40,104 nucleotides of DNA from an uncultured bacterium (GTDB taxonomy: Bacteria > Auribacterota > Erginobacteria > Erginobacterales > DAOSXE01), in NCBI GenBank assembly GCA_964538495.1, contig CAZIEA010000003.1, positions 1 through 40,104 on the forward strand, read 5' to 3'. Below the pieces are notes generated by a model. It searched no databases, was not told the DNA's origin, and saw only the letters and a program-made list of their open reading frames with translations. The translations under genes were made by a program, and so were the position numbers. Shown one piece after another: positions 21,067 to 28,410 of this stretch (within the stretch, counting starts at the first letter, position 1; each line of letters begins with the position of its first letter).

Positions 21067-23067
21067 TCAGTTTTCTGTAAGTTTTTTTTCTTCGTCTATC
21101 TGCTCGTGTTTTTCGTAGTAATTTCCCAGCGCTTGATAAAGCCAGGTTTGAGCGGGATCCAACTTTAATAAATCATGACCCGTTTGTATCGCATTTTCGA
21201 TCATCCCGAGAGTCCGGCAAACAGTTGTGTACTCTTTAAAGATCCAAATGGCGCCCGGGTTTTTCTTTAAGATCTCTTTATACTCGCTGATCGACAGTTC
21301 ATACTCCCTTTGCTCCTTATAAAGTCTAGCCAGGGCAACATGATAGTCGATTTGGGCGGAAGCCAGCTCGGCGGCTTTCTTGTAAGCCGATTCCGCTTCC
21401 TGGTATTTCTCCTGAAGTTCATAAATCCTTCCCTCTTCAAAGTATGCCCGGGGGTCGCAAGGTTCCAGGCGTTGGGCATCTTTCAGGATTTTTAACGCTT
21501 TCTCGAATTGATTAAGTTCAATTGAACAGCGCCCCCATTCGAGGAATGCAAGGTAGCTCTCGGGGTCGATTTCCAGCGCTTTGGCCAGCAGAAGCTCGGC
21601 TTCCGGGGTGCGATTTAACTCTCGGCAACAGGCTGCCATTTGTACGTATATCCAGGTATCTGTCTGTGAGAAAAACAAGGCTTGTTTATACATCTCAAAA
21701 GCATTTCCGAAATCGTCTATTCTGAAACATGAATTACCAGTGGAAATATAACCCAAGGAGGCGGCATTTGCGGTGGTTGCTCCTGGTTGTACAAAAGCCT
21801 CAACGGCTCCAGTTTCTTCCGCTTGGGAAAAATCAAGCAAAGCATCAGTGGGATCATTGTGGTCAATAAATGTATAGTCGTCGTTATGTATTCTCAGCGA
21901 GTAAGTTTTGATAACCTCGTGATGGGATTTTGTCCCGTAGCTGGCTATGATCGGCTTATAAATTCCCCGCTTTGTCAGTAAGGGGAGAAACGAAATTCCC
22001 TGAACCGGTCGTTCGAGGGGAATATTAAGCCATTCGAGAACCGTCGGCATGACATCCATTGTCCGTACAGATTCCTCTATCACCATGCCTGCAAACTTGC
22101 CGCCGGGAAACTTGACTATCAAGGGAACCTGGACGTGCTCAATCCATAAAAATCCGTGCAGCTTTCCGCCGTGTTCGTTGAATTCCTCCCCGTGATCGGA
22201 AAGAAGTATGATCATGGAATCGTCGTATATATCTTCTTCTTTCAGGATCTCGACCAGTTTTTTGAAAACGTAGTCGGAATAAAACACGCCGCCTTCATAG
22301 AGGGAGACAATATATTGAAGGTGGGCGGGATCATCCAGGTTGATTCCTTGCCAAAACGATTCCGAGGAAATATTTTTCCAATGTCCATTTGCCGGATCGG
22401 CCGGCAAAGGCAACCCTATTACGCCTTTTTCGAGGAAATGGGTCCGAATCTCGCTCGGCCCCTTCAAGTAAGGATCATGGCAGAGGTAATGATGAAGAAA
22501 AAGAAAGAGCGGGAGTCCTTTTTCTCGACAATCCCGAAGTCGTTTTTTGATGCGCCCGGTCACCATGTCGAGTTGGTCAGGACGTGCTCCCAAGTTTTCC
22601 CAATTGCCGAATAGCGGCAAATATTCATCGAAGCCACGACTGAACCCCAATTCGCCGGCAACTTGGCCGCCGCCGTGAAACCCGACATTTAAATACCCGG
22701 CTTTTTTTAGCACCTGGGGCAGGGTCGTAATATTTTCGCCAAGAATATGGTTAATGCCTTCAGGGGAAATATTATTAACCCTGTGAACTGGAGAAGACAA
22801 AGAAGTAAAAATCGACATATGGGCAGGGGTGGTGATAGGTGCTTGACTGAAAGCCTTGGCGAATAAAACGGAGTCATTTGCAAATTCGTCGATGGATGGC
22901 GATGTTTTTTTTCGGTATCCATAGCGGCTTAAAAAATCGGCGCGCAGAGTGTCGATCGAGAACAGAATGATATTCGGCCGCTTAGGCGCCGAGGAAGCGC
23001 CCGGAAGATCCTTGGCTTCAGCCCCGGACAACGAGTATAAAACAAACAAAATTAAGATATATTTCAT
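21067..23067 (-). CDS. secreted sulfatase-fold (alkaline-phosphatase superfamily) protein fused to TPR repeats; Thr at nucleophile position
   Basis: Signal peptide MKYILILFVLYSLSGAEA. PNIILFSIDTLRADFL, APITTPAHMSIFTS and LLSDHGEEFNEHGG motifs. The C-terminal half is TPR-like. Markedly AT-richer than its neighbours. Confidence 0.85.
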   Translation of the reverse strand: MKYILILFVLYSLSGAEAKDLPGASSAPKRPNIILFSIDTLRADFLSRYGYRKKTSPSIDEFANDSVLFAKAFSQAPITTPAHMSIFTSLSSPVHRVNNISPEGINHILGENITTLPQVLKKAGYLNVGFHGGGQVAGELGFSRGFDEYLPLFGNWENLGARPDQLDMVTGRIKKRLRDCREKGLPLFLFLHHYLCHDPYLKGPSEIRTHFLEKGVIGLPLPADPANGHWKNISSESFWQGINLDDPAHLQYIVSLYEGGVFYSDYVFKKLVEILKEEDIYDDSMIILLSDHGEEFNEHGGKLHGFLWIEHVQVPLIVKFPGGKFAGMVIEESVRTMDVMPTVLEWLNIPLERPVQGISFLPLLTKRGIYKPIIASYGTKSHHEVIKTYSLRIHNDDYTFIDHNDPTDALLDFSQAEETGAVEAFVQPGATTANAASLGYISTGNSCFRIDDFGNAFEMYKQALFFSQTDTWIYVQMAACCRELNRTPEAELLLAKALEIDPESYLAFLEWGRCSIELNQFEKALKILKDAQRLEPCDPRAYFEEGRIYELQEKYQEAESAYKKAAELASAQIDYHVALARLYKEQREYELSISEYKEILKKNPGAIWIFKEYTTVCRTLGMIENAIQTGHDLLKLDPAQTWLYQALGNYYEKHEQIDEEKKLTEN
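21082..21089 (-). other. A8 (T8 on + strand) homopolymer at the frame break between 21067-23067 and 20513-21013
   Basis: The coding strand reads GAA GAA AAA AAA CTT ACA GAA AAC TGA. One extra A, or a -1 slip, gives ..EEKK TYRKLIASDPNN.. continuing into the downstream TPR ORF. Confidence 0.7.
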
Positions 23068-23138
23068 TGATAAACCTGTTTTTGATAAGAATCAGGAGGC
23101 AGCCGCTGCCGGTTATTAGGGGATGTAAAAAATAATTA

Positions 23139-23735
23139 TCATTTGAACAACGCGAGTTCGGCCAGGGAGTAGAAGTTGTAGCGGCTTCCGTCCTCGTGTC
23201 CTTTGAGGATTGTCAGGCGCCAGTAACGGAAAGCGCGGTCGTTGGCGAAGTCCCACTTCCACCAAACGGCCTTGCCCGGGGTTTCCCTCAGGACGATATC
23301 AGCCACCTTTTCCCAGGACTCCCCATCGTCGCTTCCGGCGAGCTCGGCTTGGCGCAGGAACTGCCGGGGCAGGTCGGCCCGGGGGAGGGCGGCCAGGGCC
23401 CGCACCGTTTGTTTTTTCCCCTCTCCGAAATCCACGGCCACCCAGGCGAGCTTGCCCACCTCATCGAGCTCGATGTGCCAGAAGGAGTTGGGGTTGCCGT
23501 CGTTGAGTTTGGCCGCGGATTCGTTGGCGGAATTTTGGGAAGAAGCGGAGAGGATGGCCTCCGGTTGCCTGAGCAAATTCGCGCCAGCGTCGAGATCCGG
23601 GACTGTCCGCGCCTCCAGGCCGGAAAGCCCGATCCCGAAAAGATCGAGCCGGGTCGCCACCTGGACGACGATGGCGGCGAAGATGAGCAGGATGATTCCC
23701 AGGGCTATTTTTTCCGCGCGGCTGAACTTTTCCAT
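23139..23735 (-). CDS. single-pass membrane-anchored discoidin (F5/8 type C-like) domain protein, 198 aa
   Basis: SD AAGGAGG lies 6 nt before the ATG at 23735. N-terminal TM (IALGIILLIFAAIVVQV). Domain motifs NDGNPNSFWH, VAVDFGEGKKQTVRAL, GSDDGESW, FRYWRL, SLAELALFK*. Collinear and gap-free with 27814-28410. Confidence 0.8.
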   Translation of the reverse strand: MEKFSRAEKIALGIILLIFAAIVVQVATRLDLFGIGLSGLEARTVPDLDAGANLLRQPEAILSASSQNSANESAAKLNDGNPNSFWHIELDEVGKLAWVAVDFGEGKKQTVRALAALPRADLPRQFLRQAELAGSDDGESWEKVADIVLRETPGKAVWWKWDFANDRAFRYWRLTILKGHEDGSRYNFYSLAELALFK

Positions 23736-23753
23736 TTCACACCTCCTTTTCTC

Positions 23754-23989
23754 GCATAGAGCATAGGGCAAAGGGCATAGAGTTTAAAAAACAGAATACA
23801 GGAGTCAGGAGTCGGAAAAAAATCGTAATCCGTGATCAGTGATCCGTAATCCGTCGAAACCCGGGATACAGGAAACAGGATTCAGAAGGCATAGGAATCC
23901 AGAATACAGAATCCAGAATTCAGAATGCGCAAGAATCCGTAAAATCTGTGAAATCTGTGGATAAGAAATAATCTGCGAAATCTGCGTAA
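23754..23989 (-). repeat. mosaic-element modules in reverse-complement orientation (sense relative to the - strand genes)
   Basis: The + strand shows CATAGAG-type heptads (23754-23782), ACAGAATACAGGAGTCAGGAGTCGG (23791-23815) and A7. Then CGTAATCCGTGATCAGTGATCCGTAATCCG (23824-23853) and GGGATACAGGAAACAGGATTCAG (23863-23885). Then GAATCCA/GAATACA heptads (23894-23929), AAAATCTGTGAAATCTGTGG (module A rc, within 23936-23966) and AATCTGCGAAATCTGCG (23970-23986). Confidence 0.85.
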
Positions 23990-24019
23990 TCTTAGTTTTG
24001 TAGTTCAAGCCGCGAAATC

Positions 24020-25714
24020 TCAGTTCGAATTCGGGCAATTCGTAGACAGCGGTTGGAGGCGGAGATCGCAAGTATCCACCGTCCAGGCGGCTTCCCCGGG
24101 GCTGAAGGCGAAACTCCCGATCTGCTCCGGGGGGAAGAGCCACTGGTAAGTCCCCTGCATATAGGGGGCCAGGTTCACGTTCCAGCAGAGGTGGGGGAGG
24201 CTCTCCGGCAGCGAATCGTCCAGGTAAAGCCGGTTTTCCGGACCGACTCGCCCGTCGGCGATTCCCGTTTTGATGTTGGAGATCAAAGTTCCCAGGGGCG
24301 CCATCTGGCGGTTCACTTTCTTCAGGTGGGCGTTCAGGACCAGGAGGTTCAGGGCCAGGACTATGCCCAGTAGCGCATAAACCCAGAGCCGAAGCCGGGG
24401 GAAAGCCTTGAGCAGCCGGTCGGCCCCCAGGATGCCGAGCAGGGCGAGCAGGGCGTTGGGGACATACTGATACCTGAACTCGAGCAGGACATAAACCGGG
24501 AGGTTGGTGGCCATCCGCCCGTGGTAGAGGGCGAAGGTCCCGCTCAGGAGCAGGTAAAGAACGAAAATAAAAGGCAGTGGTTTATTGGGCAGGCGCTTCT
24601 TCCGGAGCAGCGCCACCCCGGCGATTCCCAGCAGGATGAGCAGGCACCCGGCAATTCCCAGGACACGGTTTATCCCGGTTTCGGTTTCCCACCAGAGAGT
24701 GTCCAGGTCGGCCCCCTTGCTGATGGAAAGAGGGGGTTCCGCCAGGGAAGGGGGCTTCCCGTGCCGCTGGCGGGCTAGCGCCTCCCGCAGGACGGGGCTG
24801 GCCTGGATCAGGATCCCGCCCCGGCTGATGTTGTCGCGGATGATTCCCGGGGAGAAAAGGAGAGGGTCCAGGTTGGAGACTATCCCGTTGATGAATAGCC
24901 CGGAAGCGGTGACGGCGAGACTGTAAGAAAGGGAGGAAGGGGAGAGGAAGTCGGGCGGCGTCCCCGACAATCCCTCGACGGGCGCGCGGGTCCGGGTGAA
25001 AGAGAGGATGCCGGCATAAAGAGCGTATAAGCCGGCCAGGGTGAGGGCGGTGGAGCGGAGCGCGGTCCTGAACCGGGGAATCGGCCAGACCTCCTTTCGG
25101 CAGAAGAGGAGGATGAAGACGGCGGGTGGCCAGGGGATGAAGGTCTCGTAGCAGAGTATTCCCGCCAGGAAGGCCGCGGCTGTCCCCAGCAGAATCGGAA
25201 GTCGTCTAGTTCGAATGTATGACAGGTAGGCCAGGAAACCGAGCAGGAGAAGACAGAACCCGGCGATGAGTCCGATATGGAAGGTCCAGGTCACGATGTC
25301 GAAATGAGAGAAGAGCAGGGCGAAGACGGCCAGCCCCGCCAGGATAATCCCGCGCCCGGCCCCCAGCGCCCTGCCCAAACGGTAGAGCAGGAAGATACCC
25401 AGGCAGTAAAAGCCGAAGTTGGCCGCGTGGAACCAGAAGTAGTCCGCCCCGAAGAGAAGGTGCATCCAGTAGAGCGGGACGTGGAAAAGCGGTCGGTAGG
25501 TGCCGTGGGCGCAGACGTCGTAGTTGACTACCGCCAGTGTTCGCTCGAGAGCGGGGAGTTCCCGGTAGGAGTGGAAGTGGTAGAGCAGGGCCCACCAGTC
25601 GCTCCGGGGCGGGTTGGAAAAGCCGGGCAGGAAGACCGCCAGCAGCGCCACGAACAGGACCAGGAACCCCCCGGATGTCTTTGTCCTCTTCACGCTATTC
25701 ACATCGCAATTCAC
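24020..25714 (-). CDS. polytopic membrane protein, TMTC/PMT_2-like GT-C candidate, paralog of 18675-20216
   Basis: NPPRSDWWALLYHF...CAHGTYRPLFHVPLYWMHLLF...WFHAANFGFYC is collinear with 18675-20216, and it ends ..CPNSN*. The start is uncertain: GTG at 25714, or GTG at 25693 giving MKRTKTSGGFLVLF. The first codons lie within a 12-nt tandem repeat (ATGTGAATTGCG ATGTGAATAGCG). Confidence 0.55.
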   Translation of the reverse strand: MNCDVNSVKRTKTSGGFLVLFVALLAVFLPGFSNPPRSDWWALLYHFHSYRELPALERTLAVVNYDVCAHGTYRPLFHVPLYWMHLLFGADYFWFHAANFGFYCLGIFLLYRLGRALGAGRGIILAGLAVFALLFSHFDIVTWTFHIGLIAGFCLLLLGFLAYLSYIRTRRLPILLGTAAAFLAGILCYETFIPWPPAVFILLFCRKEVWPIPRFRTALRSTALTLAGLYALYAGILSFTRTRAPVEGLSGTPPDFLSPSSLSYSLAVTASGLFINGIVSNLDPLLFSPGIIRDNISRGGILIQASPVLREALARQRHGKPPSLAEPPLSISKGADLDTLWWETETGINRVLGIAGCLLILLGIAGVALLRKKRLPNKPLPFIFVLYLLLSGTFALYHGRMATNLPVYVLLEFRYQYVPNALLALLGILGADRLLKAFPRLRLWVYALLGIVLALNLLVLNAHLKKVNRQMAPLGTLISNIKTGIADGRVGPENRLYLDDSLPESLPHLCWNVNLAPYMQGTYQWLFPPEQIGSFAFSPGEAAWTVDTCDLRLQPLSTNCPNSN

Positions 25715-25737
25715 ATGTAGACATGTAGGACATGTAG
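25713..25737. repeat. ACATGTAG tandem words at the 5' edge of 24020-25714
   Basis: ACATGTAG ACATGTAG GACATGTAG. A related CACATGTAAGCATGT occurs at 38717-38731. Confidence 0.7.
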
Positions 25738-25784
25738 AAATTTCTTTTTTTACGCAGAGCTCCCGCAGGGGGCGAAGCCCAGGG

Positions 25785-25876
25785 ATTGAACTACGAATTA
25801 CGCGAATTTCGCGAATTCAGGTAACGGATTACTGATCACTGATTACGGACTACCGGTTTTTCCTGAACCCTGACCC
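25785..25876 (+). repeat. mosaic-element modules D-E'-T5-G, oriented antisense to the flanking - strand genes
   Basis: ATTGAACTACGAATTACGCGAATTTCGCGAATTC (25785-25818). CGGATTACTGATCACTGATTACGG (25825-25848). TTTTT, then CCTGAACCCTGACCC (25862-25876). Confidence 0.8.
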
Positions 25877-25895
25877 ATTGCGTTCCCCTGTGCTG

Positions 25896-27797
25896 TTAGA
25901 GATAGCCCAGGGAACGCAGGCCGTCTTTCCTCTTCTGGTATTCGTTGTCGGCTGGGGAAGATGCTTTATCCGCTTCTAGGGCACCGGCCGGGTCGAAGCG
26001 GATGAGATGGACAAAGAGCGCCCCGGCGGCGGAATGGGCCTGCAGCTCGAACGCGAAGCGGTTTTCCTTTACGGCCACCTCTCCCCAGTCGAGGTGGAAG
26101 ATGTTCGCTTCCTGCCAGGGTATTGTCGAAAAGGGATCGTGGAATGGCTCTTGTGGGGAGAACCGGCCCTGGAGGCCGATTTTGCCCGGGAGGGTCTTGC
26201 GCGAAGGGTCCAGGACTTCGACCAGGGCCGAGACCCGGTAAGTTCCGTCCGGGAGCGCGGCCGAGAGTTGGAGCGGAGCGGCGGTTTCCCAGTCCGGGAA
26301 GTAAAAAAGCCCGCTTTGGTGGTCGGAGTTGTTGACGACCCAGGGTTTCCGGGGGGAGATTGTCTTCAGGATCGTCTTGGGATCGTGAGTTATGTCCGCG
26401 GACTCGAAGGCATTCTCGGGGGCGAATTCGAATTCTTTGAGCGGAAGGTAGAAAGAGTAATCAGGCGGAGCCGACTTCCGGGCGGCCCGGTAACGCTCCC
26501 GGAAAGGTCTCAGGAAGCGCCGGAGCCTTGAATCCATCCGCTTTTTCAATTCCGGTCGCCGCCGGGCGATGTCGAGAATTTCGCCTGGGTCCCGGGCGAG
26601 ATTGAAGAGCAGGGACCCATCCTCGTCGTAGATGAATTTATATCCTTCGGTGCGGATGGACTCTTGCGTGTAAACCGTCTTCTTGCCTTGTCCGGGGTTT
26701 TCGAGGAAGGGGCGGAGGCTTATCCCATCGAAGGTCTTGCCCGCTGGGACTTTCAATCCGCCGAGGTCGGCGATGGTGGGGAGGAGGTCTATGAGCTCGA
26801 CCAGGCCCTCGACCCTGGTCCCGGCGGGGATCTTTTCCGGCCAGACCAGGATCAGGGGGATATGGATGCCGCTGTCAAAGGCCTGGCCTCCGTGGTTGAG
26901 GTGGTTGTGCTCGCCCAGGTGTTCGGCGTGGTCGGCGGTGACGATGAAAAGGGTGTTCTCGGCCAGCTTGTGCTTTTCCAGGTGGGAGTAAAGTTTCCCG
27001 ATCCGGGCGTCGGTATGGCGGAGGTTGCCGTCGTAAATGGCGCGCAGAACCTCGATTTCCCGCTCGCTCCAGCCCTCGCAAGACTCGTTGGGCTTGGCCT
27101 CGAACTTGGTCCGGACCGCCGCCGCCTCCAGCAGCCTTCGGGCCGCCCCCAGCCCCTTCCCTCCGAGAAATACCAAGTCGTCCTCCTTGGGCGGGTAGGG
27201 CTGGTGGGGGGACATCATGTGCAGGTAAAGGAAGAAAGGGCGGGTCCGTTCGCGGCCGATCCACCTGATCGCTTCCTGGACCAGGGCGTCGTCGGTGGGC
27301 TGGGTAGCGCGGACGTGGAAGTTTTGCTCGAAACTCGCGACGAAGTCGGTTTGGGGCATGAACCACCAGTGGTCGTGGACGATCGCGGTCAGGTAGCCGT
27401 TGTTTTTGAGCAGTTCGGGCAGGAATATTTGCTCTTGGTCGAAATCCTGGAAAATGGCCGCCGCGCTCTCCCGGCGCAGTTCCCAGCGCCAGGTGTCTTT
27501 AGGGAAGATCTCCTTGGAGAAGTAGCGGGAGCTCATGATTAGGGGCATCGACTCGTGGGTCTGCATTCCGGGGGCGAAGGCATTGAGGAAAACTGCGCCC
27601 TGAGCGGCGATCTTGTCGATGGCGGGGGTGGTGGGCTTGGGGTAGCCGTAGCAGCCGAAATGGTCGGCCCGGGCCGCGTCCAGGAGGACGAAGACGATGT
27701 TGGGCGGCCGCGTCGGGGGCCCGCTTGCTGCTTCATCCCCGGCGCGGGCGGTCGCGGCGGCCAGAAGCGTCGTCATGATTGCCGGGAAGCATTTCAC
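25896..27797 (-). CDS. secreted sulfatase-fold (alkaline-phosphatase superfamily) protein with about 200-aa C-terminal beta-rich extension; Thr at nucleophile position
   Basis: Signal peptide (M)KCFPAIMTTLLAAATARAG. PNIVFVLLDAARADHFGCYGY, APGMQTHESMPLIMSS and VTADHAEHLGEHNHLNHGG motifs. GTG start with AGGGGA about 10 nt upstream. Ends LRSLGYL*. Confidence 0.8.
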   Translation of the reverse strand: MKCFPAIMTTLLAAATARAGDEAASGPPTRPPNIVFVLLDAARADHFGCYGYPKPTTPAIDKIAAQGAVFLNAFAPGMQTHESMPLIMSSRYFSKEIFPKDTWRWELRRESAAAIFQDFDQEQIFLPELLKNNGYLTAIVHDHWWFMPQTDFVASFEQNFHVRATQPTDDALVQEAIRWIGRERTRPFFLYLHMMSPHQPYPPKEDDLVFLGGKGLGAARRLLEAAAVRTKFEAKPNESCEGWSEREIEVLRAIYDGNLRHTDARIGKLYSHLEKHKLAENTLFIVTADHAEHLGEHNHLNHGGQAFDSGIHIPLILVWPEKIPAGTRVEGLVELIDLLPTIADLGGLKVPAGKTFDGISLRPFLENPGQGKKTVYTQESIRTEGYKFIYDEDGSLLFNLARDPGEILDIARRRPELKKRMDSRLRRFLRPFRERYRAARKSAPPDYSFYLPLKEFEFAPENAFESADITHDPKTILKTISPRKPWVVNNSDHQSGLFYFPDWETAAPLQLSAALPDGTYRVSALVEVLDPSRKTLPGKIGLQGRFSPQEPFHDPFSTIPWQEANIFHLDWGEVAVKENRFAFELQAHSAAGALFVHLIRFDPAGALEADKASSPADNEYQKRKDGLRSLGYL

Positions 27798-27813
27798 GGT
27801 TAGTTTTTCCCCT

Positions 27814-28410
27814 TTACTCGAAGAGGGCGAGTTCCGCCATGGAGAGAAAGTTGTAGCGGACCCCGTCTTCGTGGCCGTTGATGATGCGCAGACGCCAGAA
27901 GCGGTAGGCCCGGTCGTTGGCGAAATCCCACTTCCGCCAATTGGCTTTTTCCGGGACGTCCCGCAGGACGATAACGGCTACGGGCTGCCAGGATGATCCG
28001 TCCTCGCTCCCGGATAATTCGGCCTGACGCAGGAACTGCCGGGGAATGTCGGCCCGGGGCCGGGCCGCCAGGGCGCGGATGGTTTTTGTTTCCTCCGGCC
28101 CGAAGTCCACCGTCAGGGAGGCCGGCTTGCCGATCTCGGCGACCGCCACGTGCCAGAATGTGTCGGGGTTATTGTCGGTCAGCCGATCCACGGCTTCATT
28201 TTCCTGGTTGTGGGAGGAGGCGGTCAGGGATGGGTCGTCCCGTTTCAGGAGATTGGCCTGGGTATCCAGTTCCGTGAATTCTTGCGGGATGACGCCGGGA
28301 AGTCCGAGATTGAACAATTCGAAGCGGGTTGTCACCTGGATGACGACGATGACCAGGATCAGGAGGATGAGGCCCAAGGCGATTTTTTCCATCCGGCTGA
28401 GATCTTTCAT
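27814..28410 (-). CDS. single-pass membrane-anchored discoidin (F5/8 type C-like) domain protein, 198 aa, paralog of 23139-23735
   Basis: SD AAGGAGG before the ATG at 28410. That ATG overlaps the TGA of the upstream YfhO gene (ATGA, 28407-28410). TM helix IALGLILLILVIVVIQV. Motifs TDNNPDTFWH, LTVDFGPEETKTIRAL, GSEDGSSW, YRFWRL, SMAELALFE*. Confidence 0.8.
   Translation of the reverse strand: MKDLSRMEKIALGLILLILVIVVIQVTTRFELFNLGLPGVIPQEFTELDTQANLLKRDDPSLTASSHNQENEAVDRLTDNNPDTFWHVAVAEIGKPASLTVDFGPEETKTIRALAARPRADIPRQFLRQAELSGSEDGSSWQPVAVIVLRDVPEKANWRKWDFANDRAYRFWRLRIINGHEDGVRYNFLSMAELALFE

Noticed and set aside
20513-23138. The low-GC island as a mobile element or genomic islet.
   Set aside because: No integrase, transposase, tRNA target, or direct or inverted terminal repeats flank it. 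It holds only a single cargo gene homologous to a resident paralog. I therefore report it as a compositional anomaly or gene replacement rather than a mobile element.
23754-23989. CRISPR array as an explanation for the repeat-rich spacers.
   Set aside because: Repeat units are 7-9 nt and directly tandem, with no unique spacers of 25-40 nt and no 24-40 nt repeats. No cas genes are present in the window.
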